A stretch of DNA of 64,000 bases from an uncultured SAR86 cluster bacterium (GCA_902635045.1 CACPMT010000003.1:7128-71127); one strand, 5' to 3'; shown: positions 33,687-43,379, numbered from the stretch's first letter. The notes: generated by a model from the letters alone, not told the origin. Program-made: numbers and translations.

Positions 33687-35249
33687 TTGCATAGATTTTT
33701 TTATTTTTTAACATTCTTCTTTTCGATAGTTCTTCTATCTCATCCAAATTCTTCTATTGAGAAGTATCCTGACGAAATGGCACACGCACCAACACCTCTG
33801 CCAGATAGAGTAGTCTTAACTTGGAATGATGATCCTGCAACAACCCAAGCAGTAACATGGAGAACTGATACATCTATCGAAGTGGGGCTTGCACAGCTTG
33901 CTATAGCAAATGCAAATGGGAGGGCGCTTAAGCCAGATGAGTTTAAAGCAGAAACAAGTTACTTCGAGAGTGATATAAATGAGGCTCATTACCATAGTGT
34001 TACTTTTAAGAATCTTCAACCCAATACTCTATATGCTTATAGAGTTGGAGATGGAGTAAATTGGACAGAGTATTATCACTTTAAAACTGCAAGCTCTTCA
34101 GAAGATCCCTTCAGTTTTATTTATTTCGGTGACGCACAAAATGAAGTGAGAACTCATTGGTCCAGAGTTTTTAGGGAAGCTTTTCGTGATGCACCAAGAG
34201 CTGCATTTACATTACATGCTGGTGATTTAATTGATGAACACAATATGGACTCACAATGGGGTGAATGGCATCAGGGTCCTGATTGGGTTAATGGAACAAT
34301 TCCTGTTATAGCAACCCCTGGCAATCATGAATATCAAAAAGATTCTGAAACTAAAAGAATATGGACAAACAAAGATGGTCAACCTATAAATATCGAAATT
34401 GAATCTTTAAACAATGATAATCCAGAGATCTTAATTGTTGATATCGAAGACTTTCAAAATAGAACAGGAACAATAAAGATTAAAGATTCTGGAGAAATAA
34501 TAGATGCCGATGAGGGCATTGAATTAATTACAGGGTATAAAAAAGAAGAACTCATAAATAAACCAATTTTGGGTGGCAAAGCTCCACTATATGATCGTCT
34601 TCAAAATCCGGATGGAATTCAAAAGGTTAGCAATCATTGGAGACCACAATTCTCTTTTCCAATCCAGAATGTTCCCGATGAACGATTAAGAGAGACTTTG
34701 TACTATCTGGATTACCAAGGTGTTCGTTTTATATCGCTTGATTCAAATATTGAAATGGAGATTCAAGTAGATTGGCTTAGAAAAGTTCTAGAAGAGAATG
34801 ATAATCGTTGGACAATAATTACATTTCACCATCCACTATATTCTCCTGCATCAGATCGAGATAATTTAGAAATGCGTCAACTATGGAAACCATTACTTGA
34901 TGAATTTAAAGTTGATCTTGTTTTAAGCGGGCACGATCATACCTACTCTCGTACTGGTCTAATTGATGCAAAAAAAGTTGAAAATATTCCAACAGGTTAT
35001 CAGCAGGCTTATGATCCAGAAATCGGCACTGTCCATGTTGTTTCAGTAAGCGGACCAAAAATGTATGAAATTACTAAAGGTTTATATGCAAAAAAGCTAG
35101 GAGAAAATACTCAGCTCTATCAAATTATAGATATTAACAAAGATAATCTAAGGTTCCGCGCATATAAGGCAACGGGAAAGCTATATGATGAATTTCTTCT
35201 TAAAAAACGTAAAGAACAACCAAATTTATTAATTGAAACTAATCCTTAA
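33687..35249 (+). CDS. Secreted metallophosphoesterase (purple acid phosphatase-like, FN3-like N-domain) with ~95-aa insert
   Basis: Signal peptide; VTWRT and YAYRVG N-domain; FGDAQ, AGDL, GNHEY, FHHP and SGHDH metal motifs. Confidence 0.88.
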   Translation: MHRFFYFLTFFFSIVLLSHPNSSIEKYPDEMAHAPTPLPDRVVLTWNDDPATTQAVTWRTDTSIEVGLAQLAIANANGRALKPDEFKAETSYFESDINEAHYHSVTFKNLQPNTLYAYRVGDGVNWTEYYHFKTASSSEDPFSFIYFGDAQNEVRTHWSRVFREAFRDAPRAAFTLHAGDLIDEHNMDSQWGEWHQGPDWVNGTIPVIATPGNHEYQKDSETKRIWTNKDGQPINIEIESLNNDNPEILIVDIEDFQNRTGTIKIKDSGEIIDADEGIELITGYKKEELINKPILGGKAPLYDRLQNPDGIQKVSNHWRPQFSFPIQNVPDERLRETLYYLDYQGVRFISLDSNIEMEIQVDWLRKVLEENDNRWTIITFHHPLYSPASDRDNLEMRQLWKPLLDEFKVDLVLSGHDHTYSRTGLIDAKKVENIPTGYQQAYDPEIGTVHVVSVSGPKMYEITKGLYAKKLGENTQLYQIIDINKDNLRFRAYKATGKLYDEFLLKKRKEQPNLLIETNP

Positions 35250-35268
35250 AAATAAATTTAATGAAAAT

Positions 35269-35487
35269 CTAGACTGTTGGATCTGAATCGATTTCGTATG
35301 AAAAAAGCTTAAAACTCTGCATAGCATACAAAACCAGCAAACTTAAAAGACTGATTGACTGGTGAAGTACAAATACTTGAAAGATCATTAGATTTGAATT
35401 GAATAAACCTGAGAAAAATAAAATAGAGATCAAAAGAGAAATTTTGATAGTTTCGTTAATATAATTTAGTTGATAACTCTCAAACCC
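35269..35487 (-). pseudogene. 5'-truncated remnant of a sterol desaturase/alkylglycerol monooxygenase-family gene
   Basis: Manual translation GFESYQLNYINETIKISLLISILFFSGLFNSNLMIFQVFVLHQ...DPTV* aligns without gaps to the C-terminus of 48752..50008 (12 identities in 39 residues by hand); no start codon at its 5' edge. Confidence 0.65.
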
Positions 35488-35510
35488 TTCTATTACAGGG
35501 TTTTTTCTTT
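35482..35510 (+). terminator. Hairpin plus T-run just inside the right repeat
   Basis: AAACCCT-tctattac-AGGGTTT followed by TTTCTTT. Confidence 0.5.
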
Positions 35511-35521
35511 CGACACAACTA

Positions 35522-35566
35522 CTGATAAGGGTGAGGTCGCAGATTCGAGTTCTGCCAGACCCACCA
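35522..35566 (+). repeat. Duplicated 3' half of tRNA-Ile (attR-like)
   Basis: CTGATAAGGGTGAGGTCGCAGATTCGAGTTCTGCCAGACCCACCA, identical to 33565-33609. Confidence 0.97.
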
Positions 35567-35577
35567 AAATAGATTTC

Positions 35578-37014
35578 TTACAAACTTGGCGGTTTAATAA
35601 ATCCGCCTCTCATATCTCTGATAATTTTTGCTATCTCAATGCATGTCAAATCTTCGAGGTAAGGTCCGGTAATTTGCATTCCAATCGGTAAATTATCTTT
35701 TGAAAAACCTATCGGTACATTAGTACTTGGAAGTCCCGCTGAAACAGCCGGACCAGCCCATAGGTTAATGGTGAGATATTCTTTGTCTTTACCATTAACT
35801 ACTAGCTTTCTTTCATGCAAATTGGCATGGTTGTGTTTGAAAGCTAGGACGTTAGTTGTTGGAGCAAGAATGGCGTCAAAATCATTAAAAAAAGAACGCC
35901 ATTTTTGACGAATCTTTTGTCTCATCGCATTTACTATAACCCAGTCGGTATATTTTAAAACTGAACCTCTAGCTACTTTTGCAAGTTCAGACATGTCGTC
36001 TTTTTTTACAGAGTCATTGATTTCTGACAGCATTTCCATGGTTTCTTTAGGGGCGGTCACTAACATCAAAGGATTAAGCAAAAGAGAATATATGTTATCA
36101 ATCTCTTCAAATGTAAAAGGCAGCTCAACTTCTTCTACTCTTGCACCAAGTTTCTTGAGTTCATTAGCAGTTTCTCTGATCAATGATGATATTTCTTCGT
36201 CTACTTCTGCATAAGGTTCATTTGGCCACAAAGCAATTCTTAAATTTTTAACGTCATCAAATCTTGGTTTAGGTAAAGTTATTTTCCAAGCCAAGGCGTC
36301 TTGTACTTGAGGCGAGGCTAAAATTTTGATGGAGACTTCAAGATCTTCCGGAGATCTGGCTAATGGACCGGCAACTGATAACCCATTGCCAGTCAAAATT
36401 GAACCAGGCCCTGGAGGTAGATGACCGACTTCTGAAACGACGTTGTAACTAGGTTTATGACCATACAAACCACAAAAATGAGCAGGAATTCTAATGGATC
36501 CGCCAATATCTGAGCCTAGCTCTAATGACGTCATCCCACTTGCTAATGCAGCAGCAGAACCTCCCGACGATCCTCCAGGTGTTCTTTCAAGGTCCCAAGG
36601 ATTATTTGTAGTACCAAAAATATCATTGAAACTTTGTGTGTCTGCCGAAAGATATGGAACGTTTGTTTTGCCGAATATAATAGCGCCTTCATTGACAAGA
36701 TTTTGAACTGCTTCTGCATTTTTTTTTGGAATATTATTCTCCCAGCTTGGATTGCCGCCTGTAGATCTAATTCCTTCAACTTCAAATGCGTCTTTGATAG
36801 TAATTGGCAATCCGAATAAAGCGCCTTTTTTATTTTTGGTATTGTCTGCTTTTTTTGCCTTTTCTATTGCCCTATCGGCATCAAGTGTTACAACAGCGTT
36901 AATTTTTGGATTTTCTTTTTCAATTTGTTCTAGCTGTGCTTCTAATAATTCTAAGGAGGAAATCTCTTTTTTCTTTAATTTTTCTACCAGCTCAAATGCA
37001 TTTTCAAAAATCAT
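35578..37014 (-). CDS. Amidase (amidase signature family)
   Basis: GLPITIKD, GGSSGGSAAA, GSDIGGSIRIPA. Confidence 0.93.
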   Translation of the reverse strand: MIFENAFELVEKLKKKEISSLELLEAQLEQIEKENPKINAVVTLDADRAIEKAKKADNTKNKKGALFGLPITIKDAFEVEGIRSTGGNPSWENNIPKKNAEAVQNLVNEGAIIFGKTNVPYLSADTQSFNDIFGTTNNPWDLERTPGGSSGGSAAALASGMTSLELGSDIGGSIRIPAHFCGLYGHKPSYNVVSEVGHLPPGPGSILTGNGLSVAGPLARSPEDLEVSIKILASPQVQDALAWKITLPKPRFDDVKNLRIALWPNEPYAEVDEEISSLIRETANELKKLGARVEEVELPFTFEEIDNIYSLLLNPLMLVTAPKETMEMLSEINDSVKKDDMSELAKVARGSVLKYTDWVIVNAMRQKIRQKWRSFFNDFDAILAPTTNVLAFKHNHANLHERKLVVNGKDKEYLTINLWAGPAVSAGLPSTNVPIGFSKDNLPIGMQITGPYLEDLTCIEIAKIIRDMRGGFIKPPSL

Positions 37015-37045
37015 TATTTGGCTCGACTAAATATTAAAAATTCTT

Positions 37046-38179
37046 TTATCTAAATAAAGAAAAATACTTTCTTATTTCATCAATGAAAATTTCTGGTTTT
37101 TCAAATGCAGCAAAATGTCCACCGGAATCTAAAACGTTGTAATAAGAAAGCTTTGTATATCTTTTTTTAAGCCAGCGTTCGGAGGCTCGAAAGATTTCTT
37201 TTGGATAAACGCTTACACCAGTCGGCGTTGTAACTTCTTCGCCATCAAAGTCACCAAAACTCTCCCAATAAAGTCTAGCCGAAGAGGTGGCGCTTTCAGT
37301 TAACCAGTAAAACATCACATTGGTTAGCAAATCATCTCTTGAGATTGCATTTTCAGGATCGCCATTGCAATCCGTCCATTGGTAAAATTTTTCTATAATC
37401 CAAGCTGCTTGTCCTATTGGAGAATCAGTTAATCCATAACCAAGAGTTTGAGGTCTAGTTGACTGTTGTTTCGAGTAACCCGAATCCCAATCTTGATAAA
37501 ATTGAAAGCCTGCTAAAGCGGATTGTTCAAGTTCGGTTAAATCATTCATGGTTTCCATGTCAGGTGCGACGATCGCCATATTTAAATGGATAGCTTCACA
37601 GTTTTTGTCTTGCATACCTAAGGCAGTTGTTACAGCTGAACCCCAGTCTCCACCTTGAGCAAAATATTTTGTGTAGCCTAATTCTTTCATTAGTTTTGCA
37701 AATGTATCTGCAATTTTTTCAACCCCAAAACCTGGAGTTGTTGGTTTGCCTGAAAATCCAAAACCTGGAAGCGATGGCGTCACTATATGAAAAGCATCTT
37801 TGGAATCTCCTCCGTTTAGTGTCGGATCGGTTAAAGGCTTGATGACTTGAAGAAACTCGACAATTGAGCCCGGCCAACCATGTGTAATGATCAAAGGCTT
37901 AGCTTCAGGATGAGGAGATTTTAAGTGAATGAAATGAACATCTAAGTCATTAATTTTTGCCATGAATTGAGGAAAATCATTTATTTTTGCTACTTCTTTA
38001 TTCCAATCGTACTTATTTAACCAATAAGAATGAATTTCTTTCATGTAGGACAATGGTATACCTTGTGTCCAATCTGACGGAGTCTCTTTGTCAGGCCATC
38101 TTGTGAGTTCGAGTCTCTTTTTTAAATCAACAAGTTTTTCTTCAGGTATGTTTATTGAAAAATCTTTAATTGTTGTCAT
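37046..38179 (-). CDS. Epoxide hydrolase (microsomal/EHN type)
   Basis: HGWPGS, QGGDWG, GGHFAAFE; EHN-like N-terminus. Confidence 0.92.
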   Translation of the reverse strand: MTTIKDFSINIPEEKLVDLKKRLELTRWPDKETPSDWTQGIPLSYMKEIHSYWLNKYDWNKEVAKINDFPQFMAKINDLDVHFIHLKSPHPEAKPLIITHGWPGSIVEFLQVIKPLTDPTLNGGDSKDAFHIVTPSLPGFGFSGKPTTPGFGVEKIADTFAKLMKELGYTKYFAQGGDWGSAVTTALGMQDKNCEAIHLNMAIVAPDMETMNDLTELEQSALAGFQFYQDWDSGYSKQQSTRPQTLGYGLTDSPIGQAAWIIEKFYQWTDCNGDPENAISRDDLLTNVMFYWLTESATSSARLYWESFGDFDGEEVTTPTGVSVYPKEIFRASERWLKKRYTKLSYYNVLDSGGHFAAFEKPEIFIDEIRKYFSLFR

Positions 38180-38180
38180 T

Positions 38181-40082
38181 TTAATTTTTACTTGATTTTT
38201 CTTGGCATGATGGAGGTAAATTTATAGTAGGATTGCTATCAAAAAAACCAGATGGAATTAATTGGAATCCACAATATTCGACTGGCATAACAGGCCAATC
38301 TTCTGGTCTCGGCACATGTGTTACTCCGAAAGTATGCCAGGTCACTAGATCACACTTGCTAATGTCTCTATCGCTTGCAGTCATTTCATCTAAACCCCCT
38401 TGACCTTGATGCATTACTGTAAATCTGCCACCACCAGAAATTTCACCTTTTTCAAAAGGAGTTGCCCATAAATTATATTTTGCAAATGAAGCTCTCTTCC
38501 CTGTGGGAGAATCGAAATCAGACAATAGCACAGGAGAATAACCTGGTAAAAATTTATAGGCTGATTCACCGCCGATAGAATTCTTTTTATTTGGGTTAGT
38601 TATTTTCCATACTCTACTTTTTTCTGGTGCAATGTTTCTTTTTGCTTCTGACTCTTTTTTTAGATGACTTGAGATCGCTTGGAATTGTGTTCCATGAGGA
38701 TTTTTATTTCCAATTGGAACTCTTTCTGCATTGGTCTCGATCAATTTATTTTTACCGCCGTCTAAAAACCAATCTATCCTCACGTTGAAGAGGTGTTGAT
38801 GAATAGGAGAAACCAGTTCTTCCGTAATTTTCATATCTTGCTCTGGATTATGAATTTCTTCATTGTGGGCGCTTATTCCTACAATTCCTGTCAATTTCAT
38901 TTCTAATTCAATTGTTCCATCTAAATACAAGTACCAAAAAATTCCGTAATCGTAATTACCTACTGTAGAAAAAGAACTAATCACTAATCTTCTGGATCGT
39001 CTTACCTCGCTGTGGCCTTCACCAATCAAATGAGAATGTTTCCACTGAATTCCATAATCCTCCTCATGCAAACAAATTGCGTTTTTAATTGTTTCAACAG
39101 AGCCATCGAAATTTAATTTATTAGTATCAAAGTAATAAATCTCTCCGAGACAATCACATCCTAAAGTCAAAGAATTAGACAATGATCCAAAGCCATACTC
39201 TGTACCATCATGTACAGCTTTCCATGAATGCATTGGATCAGCAGAGCCATAAGGAACAACCATATCGGACATGCTTGCACGGTAGAAAATCTCTCTTTTA
39301 TTTAAATTTAAATTTTGAATTACTAATCCTTCGATGGGATCAATTGAAACTCTTAGGTTCCATCCTTCCCAACTAATCTCATTATTAGAGACATCGAAAC
39401 CTGGTCCATCGGGTTGAGTAATAGAAATATCTTTGGGTCTATTTCTAAGAACTTCTTGAGAGGCAGCATCATACTTTGCTGATTGCTCGGGTAAGTTGCT
39501 TATTCCTTGATCTTCAATTTCAACAATACATTTATCTGTTAGATCGACATGAGAAATTAGTCCAGATATTGGTTTGGCGTAGGCATTATCTTCTGGGCTC
39601 TCCTTTAAAAAAGAGATTGTTTTAAGAGCTCTGTGACCTTCTTTAATTTTTTCATGAGTTATTCCTCCGCCTGGCCAAGGATCAATTTGAATAAGACTTA
39701 GATCTGTAATTCCTCTTTTTTCTAGAGCGGCTTGATATTCATCATTTTCTAAAGTTAATTGGATAGCGATCATAATTTCTGACATCGTATAAGTTGGACC
39801 AGCAGCATCAGGAATTACATTCAGCGAAGTAACTTTCTCTTTATTTAAATCGATTGATGCTTCAAACCCTTTTGAGGATGAATCGACGCCAATAATCTTT
39901 GTCTTCCTTGAAAAGGTATCACCGACTTTGTAATTTTTTACAAAATTTTTATCAGGCTCTTCTAGACTGATATAGCTAAACACTGAGTTTTCATCAGAAT
40001 TATTATCTGATTTAAAGATATTTACAGATTTTTTTATCTCGTCTACAGAAAGAGAATCTAATGGATGCATATTATTATTCAT
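38181..40082 (-). CDS. Copper-containing primary amine oxidase (TPQ-dependent, no signal peptide)
   Basis: HPLD.L, LGCDCLG, GNYDY (TPQ consensus), HQH and THVPRPEDWPVMP copper ligands. Confidence 0.93.
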   Translation of the reverse strand: MNNNMHPLDSLSVDEIKKSVNIFKSDNNSDENSVFSYISLEEPDKNFVKNYKVGDTFSRKTKIIGVDSSSKGFEASIDLNKEKVTSLNVIPDAAGPTYTMSEIMIAIQLTLENDEYQAALEKRGITDLSLIQIDPWPGGGITHEKIKEGHRALKTISFLKESPEDNAYAKPISGLISHVDLTDKCIVEIEDQGISNLPEQSAKYDAASQEVLRNRPKDISITQPDGPGFDVSNNEISWEGWNLRVSIDPIEGLVIQNLNLNKREIFYRASMSDMVVPYGSADPMHSWKAVHDGTEYGFGSLSNSLTLGCDCLGEIYYFDTNKLNFDGSVETIKNAICLHEEDYGIQWKHSHLIGEGHSEVRRSRRLVISSFSTVGNYDYGIFWYLYLDGTIELEMKLTGIVGISAHNEEIHNPEQDMKITEELVSPIHQHLFNVRIDWFLDGGKNKLIETNAERVPIGNKNPHGTQFQAISSHLKKESEAKRNIAPEKSRVWKITNPNKKNSIGGESAYKFLPGYSPVLLSDFDSPTGKRASFAKYNLWATPFEKGEISGGGRFTVMHQGQGGLDEMTASDRDISKCDLVTWHTFGVTHVPRPEDWPVMPVEYCGFQLIPSGFFDSNPTINLPPSCQEKSSKN

Positions 40083-40214
40083 ATTTTTTAAACTTTTAAA
40101 TCTAAAAAGAATACACTTTTTTGATAATTATTTTTTTAGTAAGATCAATTCTAAAGATCAGCGGGGAAATTTCCATCATTAAACTAAAATTTATTTCGTT
40201 ATCATTAAATTGCT

Positions 40215-40478
40215 ATGCACAGAAAAAATACAACTTACTGGAAATCAAACTTAAAAATTGTTATTTCGTTGCTGATAGTTTGGTTTTTGGTATCTTTTGG
40301 ATTCGGAATAATTTGGTCTGATGCTTTAGATAATATTCAAATCGGTGGCTTTAAATTAGGATTTTGGTTTGCCCAACAGGGTAGCATTTTTGTTTTTGTA
40401 ATCATAATTTTCATTTATGTGTTATTACTCAATAGACTGGATAAGAAACATTTTTCTAAATCTTCAGAGGACGATTGA
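40215..40478 (+). CDS. DUF4212-type small membrane subunit of a solute:sodium symporter
   Basis: YWKSNL...GFKLGFWFAQQGSI; directly precedes the SSS gene. Confidence 0.88.
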   Translation: MHRKNTTYWKSNLKIVISLLIVWFLVSFGFGIIWSDALDNIQIGGFKLGFWFAQQGSIFVFVIIIFIYVLLLNRLDKKHFSKSSEDD

Positions 40479-42227
40479 ATGGAAACACAAACGCTTACCT
40501 ATTTATTTGTCGGGGCTTCTTTTGCGCTATACATAGGCATAGCTTTTTGGTCTCGCGCTAAATCAACTAATGATTTCTACGTGGCTGGAAAAGGAGTCAA
40601 TCCGATAGCAAACGGCATGGCAACTGCGGCCGATTGGATGTCTGCTGCTTCTTTTATTTCTATGGCTGGATTGATTGCCTTCCTTGGTAAAGACGGTTCG
40701 GTATATTTAATGGGATGGACGGGAGGATATGTTTTATTGGCTTTGTTATTAGCCCCTTATTTAAGAAAATTTGGTCAATTTACGGTGCCAGATTTTATAG
40801 GAACTCGTTATTACTCAAATACTGCAAGACTGGTTGCGGTGATATGTCTTATTTTTGTTTCTTTTACTTATATCGCTGGTCAAATGAGGGGAGTAGGCAT
40901 AGTTTTCTCGAGATTTTTAGAAGTTGATATCGACTTAGGGGTGATCATTGGGATGATTATCGTATTTTTTTATGCAGTTATGGGAGGCATGAAAGGGATT
41001 ACTTATACTCAGGTTGCTCAATATTGTGTAATGATTTTTGCTTACTTAGTACCAGCAATTTTTATTTCTATTCTAATCACAGGAAACCCAGTTCCACAAT
41101 TAGGTTTTGGAGATACCTTAACCGGTACTTCGACTTATTTATTGGATAAATTAGATCAAGTTACAATTGATCTTGGCTTTGGCGCCTATACGGAAAATAC
41201 GAAAACCAATATAGATATCTTTTGTATAACAGCTGCTTTGATGTTTGGTACTGCTGGTTTGCCTCATGTGATTGTCAGGTTTTTCACTGTGCCTAAAGTT
41301 AGTGATGCTAGAAAATCAGCTGGCTATGCTTTGATTTTTATAGCACTGCTATATACAACTGCTCCGGCTGTCGCAGCTTTTGCAAGAATTAATTTTGTTG
41401 ATTCTATTCAAGATGTTGAATACTCAGCCGCACCGGATTGGTTTAAAAATTGGGAAAATATTGGATTAATTGCATGGCAAGATAAAAACGACGATCAGTC
41501 TATTCAATATTCATCAGGAAATGCTCTGGAGGGAGTAAGACCTGATTACTCAGATCGCAGAGGTAAAAATGGAGAGCGGATTCTAAATAACAGGCCAAAC
41601 GATAACAATGTCAATGAAATTTATATTGACCGCGATATTATGGTGCTTGCCAATCCAGAAATTGCAAAATTGCCTGGATGGGTTGTAGCATTAGTTGCTG
41701 CAGGAGGCTTGGCTGCAGCACTTTCAACAGCAGCAGGACTTCTTCTTGTTATTTCTTCATCAATTTCTCATGACTTGTTGAAAAAAACATTTATGCCAAG
41801 AATTAATGAAAAACAAGAGCTTCTTTTTGCTCGAATTGCCTCAGCCATAGCGATTGTTATCGCAGGCTTATTTGGGATTTATCCTCCGGCTTTTGTGGCG
41901 CAAGTTGTGGCCTTTGCTTTTGGATTAGCAGCCTCAACAATTTTTCCAGCTCTTTTGATGGGAATTTTTTCAAAAAGACTCAATAAAGAAGGGGCTATTA
42001 CAGGAATGATCTTCGGTCTTATTTTTACTTCTTCTTATATAATTTATTTCAAGTTTATAAATACTTCCTTAAACCTCCCGGAAAATTGGTTATTAGGAAT
42101 TTCCCCTGAGGGAATAGGCTTTGTCGGGATGCTGATAAATTTTGCGATCGCCTTTATTGTTTCGAGTGTTACTAATAACCCTCCAAAAGAAATAAATGAA
42201 ATGGTAGAAAATATAAGAAAACCTTGA
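40479..42227 (+). CDS. actP: Sodium:solute symporter, ActP-like acetate/monocarboxylate permease
   Basis: NGMATAADWMSAASF, GGMKGITYTQV, GTAGLPHV, AAGGLAAALSTAAGLL. Confidence 0.85.
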   Translation: METQTLTYLFVGASFALYIGIAFWSRAKSTNDFYVAGKGVNPIANGMATAADWMSAASFISMAGLIAFLGKDGSVYLMGWTGGYVLLALLLAPYLRKFGQFTVPDFIGTRYYSNTARLVAVICLIFVSFTYIAGQMRGVGIVFSRFLEVDIDLGVIIGMIIVFFYAVMGGMKGITYTQVAQYCVMIFAYLVPAIFISILITGNPVPQLGFGDTLTGTSTYLLDKLDQVTIDLGFGAYTENTKTNIDIFCITAALMFGTAGLPHVIVRFFTVPKVSDARKSAGYALIFIALLYTTAPAVAAFARINFVDSIQDVEYSAAPDWFKNWENIGLIAWQDKNDDQSIQYSSGNALEGVRPDYSDRRGKNGERILNNRPNDNNVNEIYIDRDIMVLANPEIAKLPGWVVALVAAGGLAAALSTAAGLLLVISSSISHDLLKKTFMPRINEKQELLFARIASAIAIVIAGLFGIYPPAFVAQVVAFAFGLAASTIFPALLMGIFSKRLNKEGAITGMIFGLIFTSSYIIYFKFINTSLNLPENWLLGISPEGIGFVGMLINFAIAFIVSSVTNNPPKEINEMVENIRKP

Positions 42228-42285
42228 ATTTAAGACACTCTCTTAGCCATTAACTTATTTATGAATAAATTATATATTTACTTAA

Positions 42286-43368
42286 ATGAAAATTTTGAGA
42301 ACACCAGATAAATGCTTTGAAAAGTTAAAGGATTATCCTTTTGAACCAAACTACACCACGATAAAAACAGAGGATGGAAGTGATCTGAGAATTCATCATA
42401 TTGATGAAGGCCCAAAAGATGGGCCAATCCTTTTAGCAATGCATGGACAACCTGTATGGAGTTATCTTTACTCAAAGATGATTCCTTTTCTAACGAATGC
42501 CGGTATTCGAGTCATCGCCCCCGATTTGCCTGGATATGGAAAATCCGATAAGCCTGCAGAAAGAGAAGACTACAGCTATCAAAAACAAGTAGATTGGATG
42601 ACAGATTGGCTTATTGCCAATGACTTTAAAAATCTCACTTTTTTTGGACAAGATTGGGGCGGCTTAATCGGACTAAGAATGGTCGCAAACGAGCCAGGTC
42701 GATTCGACAAGGTTTCGATGGGTAATACTGGGTTACCTTACAACCCTGAGGCACCCAAAGAAGTTTTAGAAAAAATAAAAGAGTTTAGAGAAAGTAGTCT
42801 CAAGCTAACTCCCATGTCAATGGCTAAAGAAATAAGCGAAATGGATGGGAAAAATTTGTCCCAAGAAGATACAGAATTTCATCCAGCATTGAAATTTATG
42901 TACTGGCAAAAATTTTGTTGGGATACAGTTGATTTACCAACAGGCTTTTTGATGACAAACATGATGGAAAAAAATTCCAGATTAAATTCAGCGGCATATT
43001 ATTTATTTGTTTCACTAGGTTTAGGAAAATATTTTCCTTTTAAATCAGATGTTGCCAGGGCATATGAGGCTCCATTTCCCGACCCAAGTTATAAAATGGG
43101 GCCAAGAGCTATGCCAAGTCATGTTCCAACAATACCGGATCAATCACTTGAAGCACAAAGAAAAGCAAGAGAAGTATTTAAAAATTGGGATAAACCTTTT
43201 TTGAGTGTATTTGCTGGGGACGATCCTGTTACCAACGGAATAGAAAGAGATGTTTTAGCAATGTGTCCCAATGCAAAAAGCGCGCCTCACATAGGCGGCG
43301 GTCATTTCTATCAATGGACAAGACCCAAAGAATTATCAAATTTATTAATTAATTTTATCAACACTTAA
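42286..43368 (+). CDS. Haloalkane dehalogenase (DhlA/HLD-I-like)
   Basis: LRTPD.CF..L.DYPFEP, HGQPVWSYLY, GQDWGG, YEAPFP, GGHF. Confidence 0.87.
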   Translation: MKILRTPDKCFEKLKDYPFEPNYTTIKTEDGSDLRIHHIDEGPKDGPILLAMHGQPVWSYLYSKMIPFLTNAGIRVIAPDLPGYGKSDKPAEREDYSYQKQVDWMTDWLIANDFKNLTFFGQDWGGLIGLRMVANEPGRFDKVSMGNTGLPYNPEAPKEVLEKIKEFRESSLKLTPMSMAKEISEMDGKNLSQEDTEFHPALKFMYWQKFCWDTVDLPTGFLMTNMMEKNSRLNSAAYYLFVSLGLGKYFPFKSDVARAYEAPFPDPSYKMGPRAMPSHVPTIPDQSLEAQRKAREVFKNWDKPFLSVFAGDDPVTNGIERDVLAMCPNAKSAPHIGGGHFYQWTRPKELSNLLINFINT

Positions 43369-43379
43369 GGAGAATAATT

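Noticed and set aside
33687-35249. True purple acid phosphatase
   Set aside because: The GDxxY tyrosine is replaced (GDLID), so it is called only PAP-like.
35522-35566. Second tRNA-Ile gene
   Set aside because: It lacks the 5' acceptor strand, D arm and 5' anticodon stem, so it is only a 3' fragment.
35470-35691. 73-aa plus-strand ORF
   Set aside because: It runs through the tRNA-half repeat and antisense into the amidase; no protein features.
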